Made by a program: the position numbers and the translations under genes
Shown: positions 45,927 through 59,783 of the stretch, piece by piece
How the letters are laid out: each line of letters opens with the position of its first letter
Position numbering within the stretch: position 1 is the first letter of the stretch
Assembly: GCA_963667785.2 (NCBI GenBank)
Contig: CAXXMU010000008.1
Coordinates: 32,001-96,000, forward strand
DNA from: Alphaproteobacteria bacterium
Lineage (GTDB): Bacteria; Pseudomonadota; Alphaproteobacteria; UBA828
DNA: 64,000 nucleotides
Direction: 5' to 3'
Notes under the pieces: generated by a model
Databases searched by the model: none
What the model was told of the DNA's origin: nothing
What the model saw: the letters and a program-made list of their open reading frames with translations, nothing else

Positions 45927-47315
45927 TCAGCCTTGCGGCGCTTGCTCGAAGAAGAAGGACTCGTCGCCGAAGGCGGGTTCGAGCTGGTCGAGCCAGGTGG
46001 CCTGCGGATCGAAGCGCGCGAAGAAGGGCCGGCCGACCCAGTCGGGGTTCCGGCCCTGCAGGAAGCGCAGCACGATGACCTTCTCGCCGCCGACCTCCTG
46101 CACGCCCAGCACCTCCACCTTGCCCGGCGTCGCGCTCATGCTCGGGCCGCGGACGGTGCGGCTCAGCCCCGATACCTGCTGGACGGCGTTCCTGAAGACC
46201 TCCCAGCAGCGCACCAGCGGCACCTCGAAATACTGCCTCGGCCCGGTGTCGCGCTCCACGAACATGTAGTAGGGCACGATCCCGAGACGCACCTGCTCGC
46301 GCCACATCCGTGCCCAGATGGCGGGATCGTCGTTGATGTTGGCGAGCAGCGGCGCCTGGCTGCGGATGACCGCGCCGGTATCGCGGATGCGGCGGATCGC
46401 CTCGCGCACCACGTCGGTCCGCAACTCCTGCCAGTGGTTGAAGTGGGCCATGATCGCGACGTGGCGGCCGGCGCGCACGACATCCTCCATGAGGCGGAGC
46501 AGATCGTCCGCGTCGTCGTCGTTGACGAAGCGGTGCGGCCAGAAGGTGAGCGCCTTGGTGCCGATCCTGATGTTCTGCACGTGGGCCAGCGCCGGGTCGT
46601 CGACGAAGGGCCGCAGGTAGCCTTCCATGACCCGGGTCTTCATGATCATCGGGTCGCCGCCCGTCATCAGGAGGTCGGAGACGTCGGGGCGGTCGGCGAG
46701 ATAGCGATGCAGGCCGACGGCGTCCTTCGACGCGATCTTCAGCTCCTTGTCGCCGATGAACTGGGCCCAGCGAAAGCAGAAGGTGCAGTAGGCGTGGCAG
46801 GTCTGCCCCTGGCTGGGGAAGAACAGGACGGTCTCGCGGTACTTGTGCTGGATCCCGTCGAGAATCTCGCCCTCTTCGGCGGGAATGTTCAGCTCCCGCT
46901 GCCCCGCCGGATGCGGGTTGAGACTGGCGCGGATGTCGTTCGCCGCCCGCTCGATTTCCTGCCTCGTGGCGCCCCGGGTCATGAGATCGGCGATCCGCCG
47001 GAAGTCGCCGTCCGACAGCATGCCCCTCTGCGGGAACACCAGCCGGTAGACAGGGTCATCCGGAATCCGGTCCCAGTCGATAAGATTCTCGATAATGTAG
47101 CTGTTGGTTCGGAAAGGCAGAACTGAGCTGACGACGCGCATGGCAAATAAATCGTCGTCGGTTACCTTTCCATACTTGGAAATCGATTCCAGGCTTTTCT
47201 GTGTTAAGGCCTGATATCGCTCCTTTGGACGTTCGCCCCCGCGCGGGCCGGAGGTGCGATCCGACCTCTGCGATTGGCGAGCGCGGTCAATTCCCTGGAT
47301 GACATGAATGTTCAT
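45927..47315 (-). CDS. KamA-family radical SAM aminomutase (lysine 2,3-aminomutase-like)
   Basis: QHKYRETVL, CHAYCTFCFRW, LMTGGDP, IRIGTK, HFNH, PYYMF, ATPGK; strong RBS. Confidence 0.88.
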   Translation of the reverse strand: MNIHVIQGIDRARQSQRSDRTSGPRGGERPKERYQALTQKSLESISKYGKVTDDDLFAMRVVSSVLPFRTNSYIIENLIDWDRIPDDPVYRLVFPQRGMLSDGDFRRIADLMTRGATRQEIERAANDIRASLNPHPAGQRELNIPAEEGEILDGIQHKYRETVLFFPSQGQTCHAYCTFCFRWAQFIGDKELKIASKDAVGLHRYLADRPDVSDLLMTGGDPMIMKTRVMEGYLRPFVDDPALAHVQNIRIGTKALTFWPHRFVNDDDADDLLRLMEDVVRAGRHVAIMAHFNHWQELRTDVVREAIRRIRDTGAVIRSQAPLLANINDDPAIWARMWREQVRLGIVPYYMFVERDTGPRQYFEVPLVRCWEVFRNAVQQVSGLSRTVRGPSMSATPGKVEVLGVQEVGGEKVIVLRFLQGRNPDWVGRPFFARFDPQATWLDQLEPAFGDESFFFEQAPQG

Positions 47316-47680
47316 TATTGATCTCCCTTAATGTCACTATAGCGTGTACCGGCCAAAATGTGAATGGCGGTCTCGCCCGCGCGCTCAGGCGGCGGCAGCG
47401 GCGGCGGTGGGCGTGGCCAGAGGCCCCGGCGACCGTCCGGGCGCGGGAGGCGGACGGCGGCCGCCCAATTCGAGGGCGCCGACCGCGCTCGCTCGTGCGA
47501 ACGGTCAGGCCGGAAGCGACGTTCGGCAGAGCGTTGTCGAGGCCCCACCATGCCTGCGGAATGTGTCCGAATTCGGGCGATACGGCCGGCGAACGAAGCG
47601 GGTCGAGGGCATGAACTTGTGCGGCCGGCGCCCCTGCAAAAAGTTGTCGTCCCGCCGCGGTTCTCGGGCGTTCGGGCGGC

Positions 47681-51265
<3,585 letters not shown>

Positions 51266-51426
51266 GCGCGCTGCCCGCCCGTCCCGGCCATCGAGCCCGC
51301 CCCCATCGACCACAAAGATGCGCCCTTGTCCAATCGGACGGCCATATCCGATAAGGCATAAAGTGGATGCAGGTTTCCCCGCCGATGGCATAGGATGCAT
51401 ACGCTCCTGCACCCTGGAGGATGACC

Positions 51427-52275
51427 ATGACCATTCGGCTGGTCGACAGGACGGTGGGCATCGGGGACGGCATCGACCTGCACTACGTGGAGGCGGGTTC
51501 GGGCAGGCCGCTCGTCATCATTCCCTCCTGGTCGCTCACCGGGGCGGCCTATCGCCACCAGCTCCAGGAGCTCTCGCAGTCGCGGCGGGTGATGGCCTTT
51601 GACATGCGCGGCCACGGTGCGTCCAGCACGCCGGCCGGCGGCTACAGGGTCAGCCGGCTCGCGGCCGACCTGCGCGCCGTGATCGAGCGGCTGGGCCTCG
51701 ACGAGGTCGATCTCATGGGCCACTCGATCGGCTCGTCGATCATCTGGAGCTACATCGACCTCTTCGGCGAGGACCGGCTTGGGCGTCTCGTCTTCGTCGA
51801 CCAGGCGCCGTCGGTCACCGCGAAGGCGGACTGGTCGGCGGAAGAGCGCGTCACCTATGGCTGCCTGCTGCCCGATCTCGACGCGCTTGCCGAGTTCTAC
51901 CTGCAGGTTCTGGCGGCACAGACGCCCGAGGCCACCGTGCCGGTGATCGCCCGCCTCTTCTCGCCGTCGCTGCCGGCGGCGGAGCTGCTCTGGTTCGCGC
52001 GCGAGATCTGCAAGCTGCCGCGCCGGCATGCGGCCGACCTGCTGCACGATCACTGCGGGCTGGACTGGCGCGACGTGATCAAGCGGGTGCGGCGGCCGAC
52101 TCTGGTGGTGGGCGCGGAGGCGAGCATCTTCTCGGCCGAATCCCAGGAATGGATCGCGGCGCAGATTCCCGGCGCCGAGATCGAGATCTTCAAGGCCGGC
52201 GAGGGCGGCTCGCACTTCATGTGCTACGAGAACCCGGCCAAGTTCAACGCGCTGGTGGACGCCTTCCTCTCCTGA
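51427..52275 (+). CDS. Alpha/beta hydrolase (non-heme haloperoxidase-like)
   Basis: DMRGHGAS, GHSIG nucleophile, GSHFM; RBS GGAGG. Confidence 0.88.
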   Translation: MTIRLVDRTVGIGDGIDLHYVEAGSGRPLVIIPSWSLTGAAYRHQLQELSQSRRVMAFDMRGHGASSTPAGGYRVSRLAADLRAVIERLGLDEVDLMGHSIGSSIIWSYIDLFGEDRLGRLVFVDQAPSVTAKADWSAEERVTYGCLLPDLDALAEFYLQVLAAQTPEATVPVIARLFSPSLPAAELLWFAREICKLPRRHAADLLHDHCGLDWRDVIKRVRRPTLVVGAEASIFSAESQEWIAAQIPGAEIEIFKAGEGGSHFMCYENPAKFNALVDAFLS

Positions 52276-52368
52276 AACCCTGCCCGGTGCGGTTTGACAG
52301 CTTTCGGCCTTTTTCCTAGCGTCGCGCACCGGCACGCGGCCCGCCGGCGCCGGCGAGCAAGCCCGCAC

Positions 52369-52404
52369 AATGGCCCAGGGGATGGCCCAGGGAATGGCCC
52401 AGGG
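52369..52404 (+). repeat. 12-bp tandem repeat x3 upstream of cofC
   Basis: AATGGCCCAGGG GATGGCCCAGGG AATGGCCCAGGG. Confidence 0.85.
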
Positions 52405-52413
52405 GAAGGCGAC

Positions 52414-53094
52414 GTGAGGATCGGGGCGGTGCTTCCGGTCAAGGACTTCAGCCAGGCCAAGCAACGGCTGGCGTGCCTCCTCGGTGCGGCGGAACGCCGG
52501 CGGCTGGCTCACGCGATGGCGGACGACGTGCTGGCCACCCTTTCGCGGGTGCGGGGGCTCTCGGAAATCGTCGTGGTGACCCGCGACCGGGAGGCGCGCG
52601 CGCTCGCCGCCCGTCACGGGGCGCGGGTGCTCGCCGAGCCCTCGAACGACGGCCAGAGCGAGGCCGTGGCCAGGGCGGCCGCGGCGCTGCAGGAGTCCGG
52701 CACGGGCGGCCTGCTCCAGGTGCCGGGCGACGTGCCGGGCGCGAGCGCAGACGAGATCGAGACGGTGCTGGCGAGCCACGGCGGCGGGTGCGACGGCGGG
52801 CCGGCGGTGACCTTGGTGCCGGCGCACGACCGGCGCGGCACCAACTGCGTGCTCTGCTCGCCGCCGGGCGCGCTCCCCTTCGCCTTCGGGCTCGAGAGCT
52901 TCGGCCCTCACTGCGAGGCGGCGCGGGCGCAGGGCATCGCGCCCCGGATCGTCCCGCTGCCGGGCCTCGGCCTCGACATCGACACGGCCTGCGACCTGCG
53001 CGCCTTCATCGCGAGGCCGGTTGCCGGCCGCACCCTGGACTATCTCCGCGAAAGCGGCATCGCCGCGCGTCTCCTGGTCACCGACGCGGCCTGA
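52414..53094 (+). CDS. cofC: 2-phospho-L-lactate/PEP guanylyltransferase (F420 pathway)
   Basis: LPVKDFSQAKQRL, PGDVP, RRGTN, FGLESF, LDIDTACDL; upstream of fbiC. Confidence 0.88.
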   Translation: MRIGAVLPVKDFSQAKQRLACLLGAAERRRLAHAMADDVLATLSRVRGLSEIVVVTRDREARALAARHGARVLAEPSNDGQSEAVARAAAALQESGTGGLLQVPGDVPGASADEIETVLASHGGGCDGGPAVTLVPAHDRRGTNCVLCSPPGALPFAFGLESFGPHCEAARAQGIAPRIVPLPGLGLDIDTACDLRAFIARPVAGRTLDYLRESGIAARLLVTDAA

Positions 53095-53099
53095 GGCGG

Positions 53100-55571
53100 A
53101 TGCTGGAGACGACCCGCGATCTGCTCACGGCGGTGAGGGAGGGCCACCGCCCGGAGCCGGGCGAGGCGCTCGCGCTCGCCGCCGAGAGCGACCTCGACGC
53201 CCTGCTCGACTGCGCGGCCGCGCTGCGCGACCGGGGACATCCGGACCTCGTGACCTATTCGCGCAAGGTCTTCATCCCGCTCACCCATCTCTGCCGCGAC
53301 GTCTGCCACTACTGCACCTTCGCCCGGCCGCCGCGCCGCGGCGAGGCCGTCTTCATGACGCCGGACGAGGTGCTGCGGGTGGCGAAGGCGGGTGCGGCCG
53401 CCGGCTGCAAGGAGGCGCTGTTCACCCTCGGCGACAAGCCGGAGCTGCGCTATCGCGCAGCCAGGGAGAGCCTGGAGGCGCTCGGCCACGGGAGCACGCT
53501 CTCCTACCTCGCCGCCATGGCGCAGCTCGTGCTGGACGAGACCGCGCTGCTGCCGCACCTCAATCCGGGCGTGCTGGGCCGGGACGACCTCAAGGCGCTG
53601 CGCGCGGTCTCGGCCTCGCAGGGCATGATGCTGGAGAGCGCGTCGGAGCGGCTCTCCGCCAGGGGCGGGCCGCACTACGGCTCGCCCGACAAGCGCCCGC
53701 AGGTGCGGCTGGAGACGCTGCGCCTCGCCGGAGAGGAGGCGGTGCCGTTCACCTCCGGCATCCTCATCGGCATCGGCGAGACCCGCGCCGAGCGCATCGA
53801 GGCCCTGCTGGCGCTGCGCGAGGCGCACGAGGCCCACGGCCACATCCAGGAGATCATCGTCCAGAACTTCCGGGCCAAGCCGGGCACCCGCATGGCGGAC
53901 GCGCCGGAGCCGAGCCTCGACGAGCTGCTCTGGACCATCGCCGCGGCCCGCATCCTCTTCGGCGCGCACGCGAACATCCAGGCGCCGCCCAACCTGAGCC
54001 CCGGCGCGCTGCCGCGGCTGGTGGCCGCCGGGATCAACGACTGGGGCGGCGTCTCGCCGGTGACGCAGGACTACGTCAACCCGGAGGCGCCGTGGCCGCA
54101 CCTCGACGCGCTCGTGCGGGAGACCGCGGCGGCCGGCAAGACGCTGGCCGAGCGGCTCACCGTCTATCCGGCTTACGCGCTGGACGGCGCGCGCTGGCTC
54201 GCGCCCCCGCTGCAGCCGCGGGTGCTGGCGATGATCGACGCGAGCGGCCATCCCCGCACCGACGACTGGGTCACCGGCGCGGGCGAGCCGCCGGCGGAGG
54301 CCTGCGCGGCGGCGCCGGCCGTGGTCGCGCCCGACATCGAGCGCCTGCTGGCGCGGGCCGAGGCCGGCGAAGGACTCGGCGAGGACGCGCTGGTGCGGCT
54401 GTTCGAGGCCAGGGGCGGCGCGTTCGACGCGGTCTGCGCGGCCGCCGACGGGCTGAGGGCCGCGCGCAGCGGCCCCGAGGTCAGCTACGTGGTCAACCGC
54501 AACATCAACTACACCAACGTCTGCTACTTCCGCTGCCAGTTCTGCGCCTTCTCCAAGGGCAAGCTGAGCGAGAACCTGCGCGGCCGCCCCTACGACCTGG
54601 CGCTGGACGAGATCGTGCGCCGCGTGCGCGAGGCCTGGGCGCGGGGCGCGACCGAGGTCTGCCTCCAGGGCGGCATCCACCCGGACTACACGGGCGAGAC
54701 CTACCTCGCCATCTGCCGCGCCATCAAGGAGGCGGAGCCCGCGATCCACGTTCACGCCTTTTCGCCGCTGGAGATCTGGCAGGGGGCGGCGACGCTGGGC
54801 CGCACGGTGCCCGACTTCCTCGCGGCGCTGCAGGATGCCGGGCTCGGCTCGCTCCCCGGCACCGCCGCCGAGATCCTCGACGACGAGGTGCGCGCCGTCA
54901 TCTGCCCGGACAAGATCGCCACCGACCAGTGGCTCTCCGTGATGGAGGCGGCGCACGCGCTGGGCCTGCGCAGCACGGCCACGATCATGTTCGGCCATGT
55001 CGACGCGCCGCGTCACTGGGCGCGGCACCTGCTGCGCGTGCGTGCCCTGCAGGAGCGCACCGGCGGGTTCACCGAGTTCGTACCGCTGCCCTTCGTCGCG
55101 ACGGAGGCGCCGCTCTACATCAAGGGCCGCGCCCGGCGGGGGCCGAGCTGGCGCGAGGCGGTGCTCATGCATGCCGTCGCCCGGCTCGCGCTCCACCCGG
55201 TCATCGGCAACATCCAGACCTCGTGGGTGAAGATGGGGCGGGCGGGCGCCGCGGCCTGCCTCGACGCTGGCGCCAACGACCTCGGCGGCACGCTGATGAA
55301 CGAATCGATCACCCGCGCCGCCGGCGCGAGCCACGGCCAGGAGTTTCCGCCGGAGGACATCGAGGCGCTGGTCGAGGGGATCGGGCGCAAGCCCGTGCAG
55401 CGGACGACGCTCTACGGCCGCGCGCCCGCCGCCCGCCGCGCCGCCGCCCGCGACGCGGCCCCGCTGGCCCCGGTGGTGAACGCGCCGGCGCGGCGCTACG
55501 AGCGGCGCGGGGCCGCAGGCGATCTCGTGCGCCCCGGCCTCGAGGCAACCGCCGCCGCCTCCGGCGAGTAG
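53100..55571 (+). CDS. fbiC: Bifunctional FO synthase (CofG-CofH fusion)
   Basis: Two radical SAM motifs, CRDVCHYC and CYFRCQFC; GINDWGGVSP; GANDLGGTLMNESI. Confidence 0.93.
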   Translation: MLETTRDLLTAVREGHRPEPGEALALAAESDLDALLDCAAALRDRGHPDLVTYSRKVFIPLTHLCRDVCHYCTFARPPRRGEAVFMTPDEVLRVAKAGAAAGCKEALFTLGDKPELRYRAARESLEALGHGSTLSYLAAMAQLVLDETALLPHLNPGVLGRDDLKALRAVSASQGMMLESASERLSARGGPHYGSPDKRPQVRLETLRLAGEEAVPFTSGILIGIGETRAERIEALLALREAHEAHGHIQEIIVQNFRAKPGTRMADAPEPSLDELLWTIAAARILFGAHANIQAPPNLSPGALPRLVAAGINDWGGVSPVTQDYVNPEAPWPHLDALVRETAAAGKTLAERLTVYPAYALDGARWLAPPLQPRVLAMIDASGHPRTDDWVTGAGEPPAEACAAAPAVVAPDIERLLARAEAGEGLGEDALVRLFEARGGAFDAVCAAADGLRAARSGPEVSYVVNRNINYTNVCYFRCQFCAFSKGKLSENLRGRPYDLALDEIVRRVREAWARGATEVCLQGGIHPDYTGETYLAICRAIKEAEPAIHVHAFSPLEIWQGAATLGRTVPDFLAALQDAGLGSLPGTAAEILDDEVRAVICPDKIATDQWLSVMEAAHALGLRSTATIMFGHVDAPRHWARHLLRVRALQERTGGFTEFVPLPFVATEAPLYIKGRARRGPSWREAVLMHAVARLALHPVIGNIQTSWVKMGRAGAAACLDAGANDLGGTLMNESITRAAGASHGQEFPPEDIEALVEGIGRKPVQRTTLYGRAPAARRAAARDAAPLAPVVNAPARRYERRGAAGDLVRPGLEATAAASGE

Positions 55572-55589
55572 GGACGGAGGCGGCAGGCT

Positions 55590-55937
55590 TCAGTCCTCGA
55601 GGAGCCGGATCATCATGTGGCGAACGTGATCCTGCCCGCCGACGAACACCGCCAGGACCCGAACCGTTTTCCCCGCCTCGTCGACGTCGAACCAGTAGAT
55701 CGCGCGCCCGATGGCCAGGTGCCGCAGGCCGGGCAGGATGTCGTCGTGGCGCTCGCCCCGGTGGGGGGCGGGCAGGATACGCTCCGCGGCCGCACGGTAT
55801 TCCAGGACGCGCGTGCCGGCACGGTCGAGCGCGCTCTCCAGGTCCTCGCCGAACTCGCGGTAGCTTTGCAGAAGGTGGTCGAAGATCAGCCCGAAGTCGC
55901 GTTCTGCCTCGGCCGAGAACTCAAGACGATAAGCCAC
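55590..55937 (-). CDS. Type II toxin, RelE/ParE family
   Basis: YRLEFSAEAERD...PHRG...GLR...IYW...VRVLAVF. Confidence 0.85.
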   Translation of the reverse strand: MAYRLEFSAEAERDFGLIFDHLLQSYREFGEDLESALDRAGTRVLEYRAAAERILPAPHRGERHDDILPGLRHLAIGRAIYWFDVDEAGKTVRVLAVFVGGQDHVRHMMIRLLED

Positions 55938-56196
55938 GCGCCCGGCGCTTGTCGGCGATCATTCGGGTGAGCCGCGCGTCCATCTCTTCCGCGCTGACGA
56001 ACTCGCCCTCGCGGCGGCGCGAAAGCAGCGCGCGCAGCGCTGCCGTTTCCAGCTCTTCGGTCTCCGTCCGCTGGCGCAGCAGGTCGACGCCCTGCTGCAG
56101 GACTGCGCTGAGACTGGAATAGCGTCCGGCCTCGACCAGCGCCTTGGCGAAGGCGTGCTGCTCGTCGGTGAGCGAGATCGAGGACTTGACCGTCAC
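55921..56196 (-). CDS. ParD-like ribbon-helix-helix antitoxin
   Basis: SSISLTD...LVEAGRYSSLSAVL; RBS AAGGAGG; overlaps the toxin start. Confidence 0.85.
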   Translation of the reverse strand: MTVKSSISLTDEQHAFAKALVEAGRYSSLSAVLQQGVDLLRQRTETEELETAALRALLSRRREGEFVSAEEMDARLTRMIADKRRARGLSS

Positions 56197-56216
56197 GGGT
56201 GCCTCCTTGCCGCGAA

Positions 56217-56235
56217 GGTAATACCTGGTAGTACC
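56217..56235. promoter_or_regulatory. Putative TA autoregulatory operator (two tandem palindromes)
   Basis: GGTAATACC-T-GGTAGTACC just upstream of the antitoxin RBS. Confidence 0.55.
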
Positions 56236-56333
56236 GCAGTCAACGGACCCACGCACGCGGGGAGCGCGCCGCAGGCGTGTGCTAGGCTCGGCCCGCGCGA
56301 AGCAGGGGCGGCCGGAGGGGAGGAGCAGCGACC

Positions 56334-56789
56334 ATGGCGGGTTTCACGATCACGGCGACCAACCACACGAGCTTCACCGTCTCCAGCCTCGACCGCGCGA
56401 TCGGGCTCTTCCAGGGCGCGCTCGGCTTCGAGCTGCTGAACCGGTCGCCGCGCGATCCCAAGTTCATCGAGCAGGTGGTGGGGGTGGCCGGTGCCGACAT
56501 CGAGGTCGCCTACCTGCAGGCGCCGGGCCACCGGCTCGAGCTGATCGAGTACCGCGGTCCGGCCGACCGCGGCCGGGTCGAATCGCGCCCCTGCGATGCC
56601 GGCTTCGCCCATATCGCCTTCGACGTGGACGACATCCACGAGGCCATCGCGGCGGTGCGGGCCGCCGGCTCCGAGCCGCTGGGGGCGCCGATCACCGTCA
56701 ACGCGGGCCCCAACAAGGGCGGCCTCGTGGTCTACACGCGCGATGCCGACGGCATCACCGTCGAGTTCATCCAGAGGCCGCGCGCCTGA
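56334..56789 (+). CDS. VOC/glyoxalase family protein
   Basis: [27 protein letters not shown] metal-ligand pattern. Confidence 0.88.
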   Translation: MAGFTITATNHTSFTVSSLDRAIGLFQGALGFELLNRSPRDPKFIEQVVGVAGADIEVAYLQAPGHRLELIEYRGPADRGRVESRPCDAGFAHIAFDVDDIHEAIAAVRAAGSEPLGAPITVNAGPNKGGLVVYTRDADGITVEFIQRPRA

Positions 56790-56795
56790 CCGGCC

Positions 56796-57413
56796 ATGTT
56801 CTACGAGACCGCGCGGAACGATCACGGCCTGCCGCACGACCCCTTCAAGTCCTGCGTCGTGCCCCGCCCCATCGGCTGGATCACCACGATGGACCGGGCC
56901 GGCGTCCTCAACCTCGCGCCGTTCAGCTACTTCAACGCCTGCGGCGACCATCCGCCGCAGGTGATGTACGCGCCGAGCGGGCGGCACGCGGAGGGCGGCG
57001 TCAAGGACAGCCTGCAGAACGTGCAGGAGACCGGCGAGTTCGTCGCCAGCCTCGCGACCTGGGAGCAGCGCGAGGCCATGCGCATCTCGTCCAGCCACGT
57101 GCTGCGGAGCGTCGACGAGTTCGCGCTGGCAGGCCTCGAGACCGAGCCGGCACGGCTGGTGCGTCCGCCCCGCGTCAAGGGCGCGCCGATCCACCTCGAA
57201 TGCCGGCTCAGCAGGGTAGTCGAGCTCTTGGCAGACGATCCGGAGCGCTTCCGCAACTGGATCGTGCTCGGCCGCGTCGTCGGCGTCCATATCGACGATT
57301 CGGTCATCACCGGGGGGCGCGTCGACCAGTCGAAGTTCCGGCCCATCGCCCGCCTCGGCTACGCCGACTACACCACCGTCGACAACCACTTCGAGATGCC
57401 CTTCCCCGACTAG
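56796..57413 (+). CDS. Flavin reductase family protein (DIM6/NTAB)
   Basis: [31 protein letters not shown]. Confidence 0.88.
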   Translation: MFYETARNDHGLPHDPFKSCVVPRPIGWITTMDRAGVLNLAPFSYFNACGDHPPQVMYAPSGRHAEGGVKDSLQNVQETGEFVASLATWEQREAMRISSSHVLRSVDEFALAGLETEPARLVRPPRVKGAPIHLECRLSRVVELLADDPERFRNWIVLGRVVGVHIDDSVITGGRVDQSKFRPIARLGYADYTTVDNHFEMPFPD

Positions 57414-57429
57414 CCCCACCCACTACATC

Positions 57430-57458
57430 TTGCATTACGGCGTCATTGCGCCTACAAG
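57430..57458 (+). promoter_or_regulatory. Putative sigma70 promoter of pyrB
   Basis: TTGCAT-N17-TACAAG ending 8 nt before the ATG. Confidence 0.45.
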
Positions 57459-57466
57459 GGGCGCCG

Positions 57467-58429
57467 ATGCAGCCCGCGCTTCTGCCCTCGGTGTTCAGCG
57501 ACCGGCATCTGCTGGGGATCGAGGGGCTGTCGGCGGGCGCGATCGGCCACCTGCTCGACCTCTCCGAGAGCTACGTCGCGCTCAACCGCGAGGTGCAAAA
57601 GCGCAAGAGCCTGCTCGGCGGGCGCACCGTGCTGCTGCTCTTCTTCGAGACCTCCACCCGCACCCGCACCTCCTTCGAGCTCGCGGGCAAGCGGCTCGGC
57701 GCCGACGTGATCAACATCGCGGTGGCGGTCTCGGCGATCAAGAAGGGCGAGACGCTGATCGACACGGCGATGACGCTGAACGCCATGCACCCGGACATGT
57801 TGGTGGTCCGCCATCCCGATGCCGGCGCCGCCCGCCTGCTCGCCAACCATGTCGAGTGCGGCGTCATCAATGCGGGCGACGGCAGCCACGAGCATCCCAC
57901 CCAGGCGCTGCTGGATGCGCTGACCATCCGCCGCCGCTTCGGCCGCATCCAGGGGCTGCGGGTCGCGATCTGCGGCGACGTGCTGCACAGCCGGGTGGCG
58001 CGCTCCAACATCCTGCTGCTCAACACTATGGGCGCGGGCGTCCGCGTCATCGCGCCGCCGACCCTGGTGCCGGCGGCTGTCGAGCGGCTCGGCGTCGAGG
58101 TCTTCCACGACATGCGCGCCGGCCTCGCCGGCTGCGACGTGATCATGATGCTGCGCCTGCAGCAGGAGCGCATGCAGGGGACCTTCGTGCCGTCCACGCG
58201 CGAGTACTTCCGCTTCTTCGGCCTCGACCAGAGCAAGCTCGCCGAGGCGCGGGAGGAGGCGCTGATCCTCCATCCGGGGCCGATGAACCGGGGCGTCGAG
58301 ATCGACAGCGCCGTCGCCGACGACATCACGCGGAGCGCCATCCTCGACCAGGTGGAGCTCGGCGTCGCGGTGCGCCAGGGCTGCCTCGATGCGCTCAACC
58401 GCAACCTCGGCCCTGCGCCGGTCTTCTGA
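57467..58429 (+). CDS. pyrB: Aspartate carbamoyltransferase catalytic subunit
   Basis: [26 protein letters not shown]. Confidence 0.96.
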   Translation: MQPALLPSVFSDRHLLGIEGLSAGAIGHLLDLSESYVALNREVQKRKSLLGGRTVLLLFFETSTRTRTSFELAGKRLGADVINIAVAVSAIKKGETLIDTAMTLNAMHPDMLVVRHPDAGAARLLANHVECGVINAGDGSHEHPTQALLDALTIRRRFGRIQGLRVAICGDVLHSRVARSNILLLNTMGAGVRVIAPPTLVPAAVERLGVEVFHDMRAGLAGCDVIMMLRLQQERMQGTFVPSTREYFRFFGLDQSKLAEAREEALILHPGPMNRGVEIDSAVADDITRSAILDQVELGVAVRQGCLDALNRNLGPAPVF

Positions 58430-58457
58430 TCCGGTGCCCTGACGCGAAGGCCCGCCG

Positions 58458-59765
58458 ATGACGCCCGAACAACCCACCGCCTACCTCAACGCCCGCCTGC
58501 TGGACCCGGACAGCGGCCTCGATACCCCGGGCGCGCTGCTGGTGAAGGAGGGCGCGATCGCCGATCTCGGCCCAGAACTCTTCGCCGGCGGGGTGCCGGA
58601 CGGGATCGAGACGGTCGATTGCGGCGGCCACTGTCTCGCGCCCGGCCTCGTCGACATGCACGTTCACTTTCGCGAGCCGGGGCACGAGCACAAGGAGACC
58701 ATCGCCACCGGCGGCCTCGCGGCGGCGGCCGGCGGGGTGACCAGCGTCGCCTGCATGCCCAACACAAGGCCGGTGATCGACGACGCCGCGCTGATCGAGT
58801 TCGTGCAGCGCCGTGCGCGCGAGGCCAAGGGGGTGAAGGTCTATCCCTTCGGCGCGGTGACCAAGGGGCTGGAGGGGACGCAGCTCACCGAGATGGGGAT
58901 GCTGGCCGAGGCCGGCGCCGTGGCCTTCTCCGACGACGGCCTGCCGGTCGCCGACAGCCAGGTGATGCGGCGCGCGCTGAGCTACGCGCGGACCTTCGAC
59001 CTGATCGTGAGCCAGCACGCCGAGGACCTCTCGCTCACCGGCTGCGGCTGCATGGCAGAGGGCGAGGTCTCGACCCGGCTCGGCCTGCCGGGCATCCCCG
59101 ACGAATCGGAGATCGTGGTGGTGGAGCGCGACATCCGGCTGGTGGAGCTCACCGGCGGCCGCTACCACGTCGCCCACATCTCCACCGCCGGCGCGCTGGA
59201 GGCGGTGCGCCGGGCCAAGCGGGCGGGCCTGCCGGTGACCTGCGAGGTGGCGCCCCACCACTTCGCGCTGACCGAGCACGATGTCGGCGACTACCGCACC
59301 TTCGCCAAGATGGCGCCGCCGCTCAGGAGCGAGGCCAACCGCCGGGCGATGGTGGACGGGCTGAAGGACGGCACCATCGACGCCATCGCCAGCGACCACG
59401 CACCCCACGATCAGGAGAGCAAGCGCCTGCCGATGGAGCGTGCGGCCAACGGGGTGGTGGGGCTGGAGACGATGCTGCCGCTCTCGCTGGAGCTCTACCA
59501 TGCCGGCCATGTGCCGCTCCGCGACGTGCTGCGCCGGCTGACCTGCGCGCCTGCGGACCTGATCGGCATCGATGCGGGCAGGCTCAGGCAGGGTGCGCCC
59601 GCCGACCTCGTGCTCTTCGACCTCGACGCCCCCTGGCGCGTCGATCGCGATGTCTTCCGCAGCAAGTCGGACAACACGCCCTTCGACGGCCGCCCGGTGC
59701 AGGGCCGCGTGCTGAGGACGGTGGTGGACGGCCGCACCCTCTTCGCCGCATCGAACGGCGTCTAG
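58458..59765 (+). CDS. pyrC: Dihydroorotase
   Basis: DMHVHFREPG, CMPNT, KMAPPLR, ASDHAPH. Confidence 0.95.
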   Translation: MTPEQPTAYLNARLLDPDSGLDTPGALLVKEGAIADLGPELFAGGVPDGIETVDCGGHCLAPGLVDMHVHFREPGHEHKETIATGGLAAAAGGVTSVACMPNTRPVIDDAALIEFVQRRAREAKGVKVYPFGAVTKGLEGTQLTEMGMLAEAGAVAFSDDGLPVADSQVMRRALSYARTFDLIVSQHAEDLSLTGCGCMAEGEVSTRLGLPGIPDESEIVVVERDIRLVELTGGRYHVAHISTAGALEAVRRAKRAGLPVTCEVAPHHFALTEHDVGDYRTFAKMAPPLRSEANRRAMVDGLKDGTIDAIASDHAPHDQESKRLPMERAANGVVGLETMLPLSLELYHAGHVPLRDVLRRLTCAPADLIGIDAGRLRQGAPADLVLFDLDAPWRVDRDVFRSKSDNTPFDGRPVQGRVLRTVVDGRTLFAASNGV

Positions 59766-59783
59766 CCGGGGGAGGGGGCCGCC

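Noticed and set aside
51330-51410. LysR-type operator-like AT-rich tract between the ABC gene and the hydrolase
   Set aside because: Only a loose T-N11-A resemblance and no adjacent regulator; too weak to call
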